Assembly (NCBI GenBank): GCA_046331525.1
Contig: JAXLQQ010000022.1
Span: 9,386-73,385, forward strand
Direction: 5' to 3'
Origin: Blastocatellia bacterium
GTDB lineage: Bacteria > Acidobacteriota > Blastocatellia > RBC074
Length of the DNA stretch: 64,000 nt
Shown here: positions 54,607 to 64,000 of the stretch, piece after piece
Numbering within the stretch: the first letter of the stretch is position 1
Layout of the letters: every line of letters starts with the position of its first letter
The notes under the pieces: generated by a model
Seen by the model: only the letters and a program-made list of their open reading frames with translations
Database searches by the model: none
Told to the model about the DNA's origin: nothing
Program-made: the position numbers and the translations under genes

Positions 54607-56322
54607 TTATTTCAATCTTTTCGAGAGATACGCCACAAGTTCGCCAATGTTGACGCGCTCCTGTTGCATCGAATCGCGCTCGCGTACTGTCACAGTGTCT
54701 TGCAACTCTGCTGAGTTCTCGCCTTTGCCTTCGCCCAGCGTATCGAAATCCACCGTGATGCAAAACGGCGTGCCGATTTCGTCCTGCCGCCGGTAGAGTT
54801 TGCCGATGCCCGCACTATCGTCATACACGGTGCGAAACAGCGGCTGCAAATCGTTTTTGATTTGCTTGGCAACAGAAACAATGCGCGGCTCGTTTTTCTT
54901 GAGCGGGAAGACAGCAACTTTGATTGGCGCAAGCTGCGGATGCAGTTTCAGAACAACGCGCGTGTATTCATCACAAAGCTTCGCCGCAATCGGGCGAACT
55001 TTCTTGAGCAGCTCCACACGATCTGCACCGGGCAGGCTGCACGCTTCTTCAACGTCCAGCAACGTGTTCGGCAAACCTGTTTCGGCTTGTTCGAGCGCGG
55101 CGTTGATTGCTTTTAATTGCTCAGCAGTTGGATTGCCAATCTCGCCTTTCGCGGCGGCTCTTTCCGCTTCGCCGATTTTCTTCTCAAGGTTTTTGCGCGC
55201 AGCAGCGATGGCTTCACGCAGCGGCGCGAGCACGTCGGCAGGCGCTTCTTTGACGACTTCTTCGTTGTACGCTTCGCACAAAAACGCGAGCGTCGCACGG
55301 TCAGCGCCCGCTGAAGGTTCGATCACATACGGCACATAGCGTACGCCTTTTTTGCCCGTCGCCGGATCAGTCGCGGCATCGTCGAAGTAATCCAGCTTCG
55401 CCGTTGTGTCCGTATTCGCGTTCAATTTCAGCCGCGTCAAATCGGCTTCGGGAATGTCGCGGCTGTGCGCGGACAAGTCATAATCCTGCCGGTTCGCAAT
55501 GCCTTCGAGTTCACTGAAGCCAAGCGAGCCAGGGAAGCGATATTCCAAATCCACGGTCGCTTTGGCGTAGTGCGCGAGTTCTTCTTTGGCCTGTTCGCGC
55601 TTGAGAATTTTCTCTGCCGGGATGCCGAGGTTCACGTACCAATTGAATCGCTGCTCGACCCATTCGGCGTGCAATTCGACATCGTTCTTTTCGCCTTCCT
55701 GCAAGAACTGCGGCGGCTTGCAGAAGTATTCGATTTCCATCTGCTCAAACTCGCGCGTGCGGAACGTGAAGTTGCCGGGCGTGATTTCGTTGCGAAAGGC
55801 TTTGCCGACTTGCGCGATGCCGAACGGCAGTTTGCGCCGCATCGCCTGCTGCACATTGGCAAAATTGGCGAAGATGCCCTGCGCCGTTTCAGGCCGCAAA
55901 TACGCGATGTTGTCGTCGCTTTCGACCGGGCCAACGGTCGTCTTGAACATCAGATTGAAGTTGCGCGGTTCCGTCAAATTCGTCGAACCGCAGTTGCCGC
56001 ATTTGCCGTCAATCAAGTGATCGGCGCGCGAACGTTTGCCGCATTCTTTGCAATCCACCAGCGGATCAGAAAACGTCGCTTCGTGGCCGGAGTAGCGCCA
56101 CACCAGGCGGTTCATAATAATCGCGGCGTCCTGCCCTTCCATATCTTCGCGGTCATAGACGACGCTACGCCACCACGCGCGTTTGACGTTATTTTTCAAC
56201 TCGACGCCGAGCGGCCCATAATCCCACGTCGAACCGAGGCCACCATAGATTTCGGAATTCGGAAAGATGAAGCCGCGCCGCTTACACAAACTAACAATTT
56301 TCTCCAGACTGGATGCTGCCAT
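54607..56322 (-). CDS. glyQS: Glycine-tRNA ligase (dimeric class II type, long form)
   Basis: [30 protein letters not shown] is diagnostic. It has class II motifs and a C-terminal anticodon-binding domain. Confidence 0.9.
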   Translation of the reverse strand: MAASSLEKIVSLCKRRGFIFPNSEIYGGLGSTWDYGPLGVELKNNVKRAWWRSVVYDREDMEGQDAAIIMNRLVWRYSGHEATFSDPLVDCKECGKRSRADHLIDGKCGNCGSTNLTEPRNFNLMFKTTVGPVESDDNIAYLRPETAQGIFANFANVQQAMRRKLPFGIAQVGKAFRNEITPGNFTFRTREFEQMEIEYFCKPPQFLQEGEKNDVELHAEWVEQRFNWYVNLGIPAEKILKREQAKEELAHYAKATVDLEYRFPGSLGFSELEGIANRQDYDLSAHSRDIPEADLTRLKLNANTDTTAKLDYFDDAATDPATGKKGVRYVPYVIEPSAGADRATLAFLCEAYNEEVVKEAPADVLAPLREAIAAARKNLEKKIGEAERAAAKGEIGNPTAEQLKAINAALEQAETGLPNTLLDVEEACSLPGADRVELLKKVRPIAAKLCDEYTRVVLKLHPQLAPIKVAVFPLKKNEPRIVSVAKQIKNDLQPLFRTVYDDSAGIGKLYRRQDEIGTPFCITVDFDTLGEGKGENSAELQDTVTVRERDSMQQERVNIGELVAYLSKRLK

Positions 56323-56478
56323 TACATTTTGCCTCTTAAAAATAGAACTTGTCGGGGCGAGACGGAACGCGGGATGTTAGCACAAGCTCGGCAAATGATG
56401 AATGCGTGACGGAAACCTTGCCACGATTCATCGGAAGTCGCGACTTTGCTTTGGGAGAAAATCTCCCTCCTCTTTGCC

Positions 56479-56518
56479 AATGTCACGGTTGAAAAAGTGT
56501 GACATTGCTTTGTAAAAC
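56479..56518 (+). promoter_or_regulatory. Inverted repeat AATGTCAC-N12-GTGACATT overlapping a weak TTGAAA-N18-TAAAAC promoter-like pair
   Basis: It lies in the divergent glyQS / FGE-domain gene region. The motifs were read by eye only. Confidence 0.25.
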
Positions 56519-56572
56519 TGGCAGAAATCCTTTGTAGAGTGCCGCTATTCTTCTTTCAGGAGCAATTACGTT

Positions 56573-58156
56573 ATGCCAAATGCCCGGATTCTGTGCCCAC
56601 GTCAGCCTGCCTTTCTACTCATCAACCTTTGCGCCATACTGTGGCCGACTCTTAGCTTGGGGCAAGCCACAAATGCGCCTGCGCCCTTTGGCAAACACAC
56701 AGAAAATATCAATGGCGTCACGTTAGAGTTAGTCCGCATTCCTAAAGGCATCTTCATTATGGGCAATGACCGCAGCCCGAATCCCGAAGAAAAGCCCGCG
56801 CATCAAGTGAGTCTCAAATCGTTTTATATGGGGCAGTACGAAGTGACCAGAGGGCAGTGGAATATCGTGGCAGACACCTTGCCAAGGGTAAATCGAGTTT
56901 TGGCACACAAGAAAATCTTCACAGATTTTGAAGAAACGAAACCTGTAGATTTTATGTTTTGGGATGACGCCGTAGAGTTTTGCGACCGATTGACCAAATT
57001 CACAGGAAGAAGGTACAGATTGCCATCGGAAGCTGAGTGGGAGTATGCCTGTCGCGCTGGCACAATTACTGAGTATTCATTTGGCGATCAGGTGGATTAC
57101 AAGCTGGCACACTTTAAAGACATAACTGCTGCCTATTCGCCCTCCTACTGGCTCCTTGACGTTGGAAAGACCGGGTACTCCAATGCCTGGGGGCTTTTTG
57201 ATATGCACGGAAATGTTGCGGAGTGGTGTTTAGATGATGAGCATCCAAATTACATTGGCGCGCCGACAGACGGCAGCGCCTGGGGCTTAGGTGGTGGTTG
57301 CCAAAGAGGCGGAGCATATGATTGGAAAGAGGAATGGGGCAGATCGTCGGCAAGGCTTTTCTGGACAAGAAATTTGCGCATAGGAGAATTTGGCTTTCGT
57401 GTAGTTGCCGAAATCACACCTGAGATGGGCGCTGATTCAGTAACTGCGACATCCGCCGCACACTATCAGCCACAAAATTTAGCTCCCGAATCGCTCGGTA
57501 GTTTATTTGGCAGCAAACTCGCTGCCGAAACAAAGGCGGCCACGTCGTTGCCTTTGCCTACGACCCTAGCCGGGAGTAGCGTTTTTATCAAAGACTTCCT
57601 CGGCAATGAACATTTGGCCAATTTGTTGTACGTGTCGCCGACACAAATCAATTTTCAGATGCCAACGTATATCCCAGTAGGAATCGGGCAAATTTTTGTC
57701 GTCACCAATGGAAATATCCTGGCATCAGGCGCAATTAACATCGTCAACACCAGCCCCGGTTTATTTTCTGCTGACTCTACAGGAATGGGTTTAGCCGCAG
57801 CAGTTGTGCAGCGTGTCAAAAGTAATGGCGAGCAAAGGTATGAACCCGTTGCGCAATTCGATGCGGCAACGAATCAGTTTGTGGCGCTCCCGATTACGAT
57901 AAGCAGCGATAGCGAAAATGTATTTCTGCTGCTGTTTGGTACGGGCATTCGTGGGCGTGACAGCAAAAACAATGTCACGGCAAAAATCGGTGAGAGAACG
58001 CTCCCCGTAATATACGCTGGAGCGCAGGGCTTTTACGCAGGCGTAGATCAACTTAACATTTTCCTGCCACGAACCCTTCCCGAAAGCGGTGTTGTTCCGA
58101 TTGAAGTTTATGTGGATGGGCTGTCAACGAATCAAGTGAATGTACTGATCAAGTAA
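56573..58156 (+). CDS. Secreted formylglycine-generating-enzyme (SUMF1/EgtB-type) domain protein with a Soli_cterm-like C-terminal domain
   Basis: It has a signal peptide. FGE-sulfatase motifs are YRLPSEAEWEYACRAGT and WGLFDMHGNVAEW. The C-terminal ~230 aa (LAPESLGSLFG..., YVSPTQINFQMP, VIYAGAQGFYAGVDQLNIFLP) match the TIGR03437-like pattern. Confidence 0.75.
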   Translation: MPNARILCPRQPAFLLINLCAILWPTLSLGQATNAPAPFGKHTENINGVTLELVRIPKGIFIMGNDRSPNPEEKPAHQVSLKSFYMGQYEVTRGQWNIVADTLPRVNRVLAHKKIFTDFEETKPVDFMFWDDAVEFCDRLTKFTGRRYRLPSEAEWEYACRAGTITEYSFGDQVDYKLAHFKDITAAYSPSYWLLDVGKTGYSNAWGLFDMHGNVAEWCLDDEHPNYIGAPTDGSAWGLGGGCQRGGAYDWKEEWGRSSARLFWTRNLRIGEFGFRVVAEITPEMGADSVTATSAAHYQPQNLAPESLGSLFGSKLAAETKAATSLPLPTTLAGSSVFIKDFLGNEHLANLLYVSPTQINFQMPTYIPVGIGQIFVVTNGNILASGAINIVNTSPGLFSADSTGMGLAAAVVQRVKSNGEQRYEPVAQFDAATNQFVALPITISSDSENVFLLLFGTGIRGRDSKNNVTAKIGERTLPVIYAGAQGFYAGVDQLNIFLPRTLPESGVVPIEVYVDGLSTNQVNVLIK

Positions 58157-58162
58157 GCAGTC

Positions 58163-58603
58163 TTATTTCCCACTCAACTGTTTTTTCAGTTCCGCAAGGG
58201 CGGGATTTTTCGGATCGGCTTTTTCGAGTTGTTTGAGAGTCGTTTCAGCCTCAGCTTTATTGCCAGTTTCGAGCAACGCACTTGTCAGGTTTTGCAGTGC
58301 TTCGACATTCGTTGGTTTGAGCTTCACGGCGCGTTTCAGAAATTCGATCATTTTTTCGGGACGCCCGATTTGCTGATAAAGTGCGGCGACCTGCATCTGC
58401 GCGTCAAAGTTGTCTGGCTCATCATTAGCCTTCTTGAGCATCTCCAACACGACCGGTGGCATTTGCGGTTGCGCGCCCATCGGTGCAGCCGCCTCATTGC
58501 TGGCTGTCGCCGTGTTTTTGTTGATAGACTGCGTAGCGAAGTAGCCGACGGCGACTCCTAAAATAATTCCGACGAGGCCAAAAAGTAGATTCTGTTTTTG
58601 CAT
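58163..58603 (-). CDS. Membrane-anchored TPR-like protein
   Basis: The start MQKQNLLFGLVGIILGVAVGYFA (58603) is a transmembrane helix, followed by helical repeat sequence. The longer track ORF translates the repeat element and was trimmed. Confidence 0.6.
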   Translation of the reverse strand: MQKQNLLFGLVGIILGVAVGYFATQSINKNTATASNEAAAPMGAQPQMPPVVLEMLKKANDEPDNFDAQMQVAALYQQIGRPEKMIEFLKRAVKLKPTNVEALQNLTSALLETGNKAEAETTLKQLEKADPKNPALAELKKQLSGK

Positions 58604-58619
58604 TATTGGAGAGAGAAGG

Positions 58620-58750
58620 AAACTACGAAACAAACGGAAATAAGAAAACAGACAGACGAGCCATCGAAAGCTTCTCTGTGCAACGCGACTTACAGGCAAC
58701 GATCACGCGCTTTTCGTTTGTTTCGTTACTTCCGTCTGTTTCGTAGTTTG
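58620..58750. repeat. Long imperfect inverted repeat of the ACGAAACAGACGGAA family with a ~50-nt spacer
   Basis: AAACTACGAAACA (58620-58632) pairs perfectly with TGTTTCGTAGTTT (58737-58749), and imperfect pairing continues inward. The right-arm complement shares CTACGAAACAGACGGAA with the 48339 arm. Confidence 0.6.
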
Positions 58751-58761
58751 TTTTCAAATTT

Positions 58762-61700
58762 CTATTTGATGCCCAGGGCATCTTTCACCAATTTCGCCTG
58801 TTCTAAGCCGTGAATAATATAATTCCCGGTCGAAGGACTTGCGCTCGCGCTTCGTCCGGCGTAACGAACTTTGCGGCGTCCCGTCAATGCCTCCAAACGT
58901 GGTTGCATGAACGTCCAGCCGCCCATATTTTGCGGTTCTTCCTGTGCCCAGACGACTTCTGTCGCGTTCGCAAATTGTGCGAACCAATCTTCGAGCGCCT
59001 GTTTCGGGAACGGGTAGAACTGCTCAACACGCAGGAGCGCCACGTGATCGGAGCCTTGTTGCGTGGCTTCAGCTTTGAGATCGTAATAAACCTTGCCGCT
59101 GCATAGGACGAGGCGTTTGACGTTTTCGGCATTCGCAACCGGATCAGGCAGCACAGCGCGGAAACCGCCTGTGGTAAATTCGTCAATCGTCGAAACCGCA
59201 TTCGGCGAGCGCAGCAAACTCTTCGGCGTCATCACGACCAAGGGCTTTTGCGCTTCCTGCCGCATCTGGCGGCGCAGCAGGTGAAAATACTGTGCGGGTG
59301 TGGTGGGATAGCACACCTGAATGTTGTTCTCGGCGCAGAGTTGCAGGAAGCGTTCGAGCCGCGCACTGGAATGCTCCGGCCCTTGTCCTTCATAGCCGTG
59401 CGGCAAGAGCATCGTTAGCCGTGAAGGCTGTTTCCATTTGTCTTCGGCGGCGACGATGAATTGATCAATGTGGACTTGCGCGCCATTGGCAAAATCGCCG
59501 AACTGGGCTTCCCAGAGCGTCAACGTGTTGGGCGCGACGACCGAATAGCCATATTCATAACCAAGCACGCCAGCCTCAGACAGCGAACTGTCGAAAACCT
59601 CAAAGCGCACTTTGTCTTTCGCCAAGGCTTCGAGCGGCGTCCACGCTTTGCCGTTGTGCGTGTCGTACAAAATCGCATGCCGTTGGCTGAATGTGCCGCG
59701 TCCGCTATCCTGCCCTGACAGGCGAACGGAAGTGCCTTCAAGAACCAGTGAACCAAAGGCCAAGCCTTCGGCAAACCCCCAATCAATCGGCGCTTCGCCC
59801 GCGCCCATTTTGGCGCGACGTGCCAATTGGCTGACCATCTTCGGATTGACGTTGAAATCCTGCGGCACGAGGCTCAACGCTTTCGATACCTCGTCGAGCG
59901 ATTCGCGCGCAACACCGGAAGCAAATACTTCTGAGCCGTCATCTTCCGGCGGCACGGGTTTGAGCTTCGTGGGCTTGTTGCGCTTGGCTACGGTAGCTTT
60001 GGCGCTGGCGTGAATTTCTTCGTAACCTTGCACGCGTTTGGCAATCAGTTCGTCGGCCTCTTCGCGCGTCAGCACGCCTTCGCGGATGAGCTTCTGCGTG
60101 TAAAGTTCGCGCACGCCAGGATGGTCTTTGACCTTCTGATACATCAGCGGCTGCGTGTAGCTCGGTTCGTCGCCTTCGTTGTGACCGTGACGGCGGAACC
60201 CCACCAAATCAATCACAACATCGCGGCGGAACTCTTTACGGAATTCAAGCGCAAGTTGCAAGGTGCGATACGCCGCATCGGGATCATCCGCGTTGACGTG
60301 GAAAATCGGGCAGCGCGTCATCTTGGCTACGTCAGTTGAGTAGAGCGATGAGCGGCTGGATTCGGGCGTGGTCGTGAAGCCGATTTGATTGTTGATAACA
60401 AGGTGAACTGTGCCGCCTGTGCGATAGCCTTTCAGGTCAGCAAGGTTCAGCGTTTCCATCACCACGCCTTGCCCCGGAAACGCGGCGTCGCCATGAATCA
60501 GAACGGCAAGACCTGATCGCGCGCGGCTTCTTTTTTCCACTCATTGGCGCATCCTGTTTTGCGCGCACCATGCCTTCGACAACGGGGTCAACGAATTCCA
60601 GGTGGCTCGGATTGACGCGCAATAGTGACGGTCACTTCGCGTCCTGCAGCCTGGCGAGTTCCGGCTGCGCCCCGATGGTATTTCACGTCGCCTTCGTCAC
60701 CCGGAAATTTTGGATGTACGGTTCCTTCAAAGGCGGTGAAAATGCGTTCGGCGAAACGTCCAATGTTTGCCATCACAGTCAAACGTCCGCGATGCGCCAT
60801 GCCGATCACGAATTTCGTTCACACCACGCGCCGCTGCGCTCTTCAATCAATTGATCCAGCACGGGAATCGCTGCATCACAGCCTTCAATCGAGAAGCGTT
60901 TTTGCCCGACGTATTTTGTGTGCAGGAACCGCTCGAATTGCTCGGACGAAATCAGCTTCCACAAGATGCGTTTGCGCACTTCAGCAGGAATGGGGGCGGG
61001 GTCGGTTTCGATGCGTTTTTGCAACCACGTTTTCGGTGCGGTGCTGGAGATGTGGCGATATTCATAGCCGAATGTGTCGCAGTAATAGCGATGCAGCATA
61101 TCAAGAATCTGCCGCAGCGTGGCGCGTTCCGTGCCGCCTCAATCCATCCGTAAAAACTCCCGATCCAAATCCCAAATCGTCAAACCATACGTGGCAATAT
61201 TGAGTTCGGGATGGTCAGGAATCGGCATCAGGTTCAGGGATCAATGTCAGCGATGACGTGGCCGCGAATGCGATGCGCGTAAATCAACTGGAACAGATGT
61301 ACCTGCTTCTTAATCTCTTCCTGCGCGCGGTCGCCGCCGAGCAACATCGGGTTCAAATCCACCGACCAGCGGAACGGCTTATACGGAATGTTGAGTTCCG
61401 CAAAAATCTCATCGTAGAAGTTATTTTTGCCGAGCAGCAATTCATGAATTTCAGCGAGAAACGCGCCCGATTCCGCGCCCTGAATAATGCGATATCATAC
61501 GTGCTGGTCAGCGTGAACGCTTTGCTAATGCCGTTGCGACAACGCTTTCGGCGTGTCATCGCGGAATATTCCGGCGATAATCAATCGCGCCCGTTGCAAT
61601 AATTGCGCCCTGTCCTCGCATCAAGCGTGGATTAGCCGTCGTCCCAATCGTACCGGGATTGGTGAGCGAAATCGTCGTGTCCTGAAAATCGGCGACGGTT

Positions 61701-62410
61701 AATTTGTTGTCGCGCGCACGAATGACGACATCCTGATACGCCTCCAGAAATTGCAGGAACGTCATCTTGTTCGCGGCTTTGATATTCGGCACCAGCAGCG
61801 AACGCGAGCCATCTTTTTTCTGCATATCCACGGCAATGCCGATGTTCACATCTTCGCGTTTGATGCGATATGCAACGTTATCAATTTCATCAAAGCCATC
61901 GTTGAGCTGCGGGAATTTGCCAATCGCTTTGACAATCGCCCACGCGACCAGATGCGTGTACGAAGCTTTGCGATTACGTTGTGCCAAGTAGCGATTGAGC
62001 AAAGTGCGATTTTCGTCGAGGACTTTGAGTTGCACTTGCCGCTGCGAAGTCGCGGTCGGCACCGTCAAGCTCGCATCCATATTCTCGACAATCTTTAAGG
62101 CTGGTCCGCGAATCTGTAGGCGATTCGGAGGGATTTCCGTCGTCGCGGCGGTCGCTTTGGCGGCAGGCTCTGCGGCAGGGGCTGGAGCCGCAGCCGAAGG
62201 GCTACCGGAAGAAACTGTCGTTGCCGGTTGTGTGGCTGTTATTCCGCTCGCGCCATTGTTCGTCAACTGGAGCAGCGAGGCAAAATATGTGCCCCAGGCG
62301 TCATCTACCGCACTGGGATTTTGCTGATATTGGCGGAACAGTTCGGTGACATACGTGGCATTCGCGCCAAATTCCGTCTCGAAGATCGTGGAAATATCGG
62401 ATGATTGCAT
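58762..62410 (-). pseudogene. kgd: Kgd/OdhA-type multifunctional 2-oxoglutarate decarboxylase/dehydrogenase (N-terminal E2-like acyltransferase domain fused to E1o) with about 5 frame breaks between 60540 and 61600
   Basis: The intact 592-aa C-terminal E1 piece spans 58762..60540. The 284-aa N-terminal piece (61556..62410) carries E2 catalytic-domain sequence (VPTATSQRQV..., SLLVPNIK..., ISLTNPGTIGT). The total span is about 1216 codons. Confidence 0.85.
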
Positions 62411-62582
62411 ACGTGGTTGAATTCAGCCTTTCGTGGTCGCTTAGTTGATTTTTACAGGGCGAACAAGCGTTGTATCGTAACAACAACGCCCAGCTTTTTC
62501 CACCTCTAAAGCCGAATGAGTTTCGCTCCCGCCGCACGCACAGGCTATAATCGCCGCTCATTTTGAGGAGAAAGAATCACCC

Positions 62583-63704
62583 ATGAAAATCGAACGCATT
62601 GAATTACGCGAAATCCAATTGCCCCTTGTCGCTCCCTTTGAAACCAGCTTCGGCCAAACGACCGAACGCCGCATCATCCTGGTCAAAGTCTTCAGCGAGG
62701 GCGTGGTCGGCTGGGGCGAATGTACGGTCGGCGAGAATCCCTTTTACAACCACGAATCCGCCGAAAGCGCGTGGTCGACCATCCGCGATTACGTTGCCCC
62801 AATGGTACTTGGCCAAGAAATCGAAGCGCCGAGCCAGGTTACCGGAATGACCAGCCGCATTCGTGGCAACAAGATGGCACGCGGCGCAGTCGAAGCCGCG
62901 ATCTGGGAACTGGAAGCGCGACGCCAAAACCTCCCGCTCTGGCAACTGCTCGGCGGCACGCAAACCGAAATCGCCTGCGGCGTGTCCATCGGCTTGCAAG
63001 AAACCGACACCGCGTTGCTCAAGAAAATCGAAACCGAAGTCACCGCTGGCTATCAGCGCATCAAGATCAAAATCAAACCCGGGCGCGATTACGAAATGAC
63101 CAAAGCCGTGCGCAAAGAGTTTCCTCATATTCGCCTGACGGTAGACGCCAATTCCGCCTACACGCTGAACGATGTCGAGTTGCTGAAAAAGCTGGACGAA
63201 TTCAATCTGCTGCTGATCGAACAACCGCTTGCCTACGACGACATCATTGACCACGCTGAATTGCAGGCGCAGCTCAAGACCGCGATCTGCTTAGACGAAT
63301 CCATCCTGAGCGTAGACGACGCCCGCAAAGCCCTGAAGCTGAACGCCTGCCGCATCATCAACATCAAACTCGGTCGCGTCGCCGGCCACGCCGAAGCCCA
63401 ACGCATCGAAGCCTACTGCCGCGAGCGACAGATTCCCGTCTGGTGCGGCGGGATGCTCGAAGCAGGCATCGGACGCGCGCACAACATTGCGATGTCAACC
63501 CTGGCGGGATTCACCTTGCCGGGTGATGTGTCCGCCTCGAAACGATACTGGGCAGAAGACATCATCGTGCCGCCGGTTGAAGTGAGCGCACAGGGAACAA
63601 TCACGCCGCCGACGGGTGCGGGCATTGGGTTTGAGATCAATGAAAAACCCATTGAATCGCTGACCGTACGTAAAGAGAGTATTCTTGCTGAACAAGAGCC
63701 TTGA
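62583..63704 (+). CDS. menC: o-Succinylbenzoate synthase / N-acylamino-acid racemase family (enolase superfamily)
   Basis: [24 protein letters not shown], then [22 protein letters not shown] and CLDES are the metal and acid-base motifs of the OSBS/NAAAR subgroup. Confidence 0.8.
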   Translation: MKIERIELREIQLPLVAPFETSFGQTTERRIILVKVFSEGVVGWGECTVGENPFYNHESAESAWSTIRDYVAPMVLGQEIEAPSQVTGMTSRIRGNKMARGAVEAAIWELEARRQNLPLWQLLGGTQTEIACGVSIGLQETDTALLKKIETEVTAGYQRIKIKIKPGRDYEMTKAVRKEFPHIRLTVDANSAYTLNDVELLKKLDEFNLLLIEQPLAYDDIIDHAELQAQLKTAICLDESILSVDDARKALKLNACRIINIKLGRVAGHAEAQRIEAYCRERQIPVWCGGMLEAGIGRAHNIAMSTLAGFTLPGDVSASKRYWAEDIIVPPVEVSAQGTITPPTGAGIGFEINEKPIESLTVRKESILAEQEP

Positions 63705-63706
63705 AA

Positions 63707-64000
63707 TGATACCAAAACAATTACTCATCCCTGGCTGGGAGCCGCCGAATCGTAAAAACGGCCAAGTTAATCGCCTTGATCCGCAAGATCGGATGTTTCA
63801 CGATTGGTATCGGTTTGTCTTGTCATTCCCGCCACATTTGGTGCGTGGGTATTGCAAAGACTTTGGATTAAATGAACAGCACACGTTGCTTGATCCATTT
63901 TGTGGAACCGGAACAACGTTGGTCGAAGCACGGTTGCAGGGGATTTCCGCCTATGGAATCGAAGCCAATCCGTTCGCGCATTTTGCCAGCACGGTAAAAA
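63707..64000 (+). CDS. SAM-dependent DNA methyltransferase, N-terminal 98 codons only (runs off the right edge)
   Basis: Not in the ORF track because there is no stop. The frame stays open from the ATG at 63707. It has the motif I-like LLDPFCGTGTTLVEA followed by GIEANP. It starts 2 nt after the menC stop. Confidence 0.6.

Overview
The window is a gene-dense bacterial chromosomal segment of about 55 protein genes. Gene content suggests an Acidobacteria-like genome, but this is inference only. The pointers are a Soli_cterm-type C-terminal domain, a Ser/Thr kinase with a TPR tail, a Kgd/OdhA-type E2-E1 fusion and a signal-peptide-bearing ATP synthase c subunit.

Most of the content is housekeeping:
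- Glycolate oxidase genes glcE-glcF, with glcD about 24 kb away.
- An isolated atpI-atpB-atpE (Fo) module.
- A fused formimidoyltransferase-cyclodeaminase.
- A TetR(FadR-like)-fadD-fadN-fadA-fadE beta-oxidation cluster with a palindromic operator.
- pilT, thiE and a LOG-family gene.
- A copper/silver-type RND efflux cluster (cupredoxin, FixH-like, cusA, cytochrome c, cusC, cusB).
- nrdJ, acnA, a cystathionine beta-synthase-like gene, an NrtR-like Nudix gene, uppP, glyQS, kgd, menC, and a DNA methyltransferase cut by the window edge.

Three things stand out:
1. A canonical tRNA-Arg(UCU) is split between anticodon positions 34 and 35 by a 655-nt intervening sequence. The insert obeys group I splice-site rules and carries a degraded PD-(D/E)XK (I-Ssp6803I-like) homing-endonuclease ORF.
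2. Many gene junctions carry long, near-perfect hairpins built from short tandem oligomers followed by their reverse complements. Several arm sequences recur at distant loci.
3. About 15 genes, including essential ones, have interrupted reading frames. The breaks fall in clusters and some sit at homopolymers, which points to sequence error rather than biology. All pseudogene calls carry that caveat.

No CRISPR array, rRNA, transposase or prophage was seen. Coordinates of frame breaks are approximate because they were read by eye.
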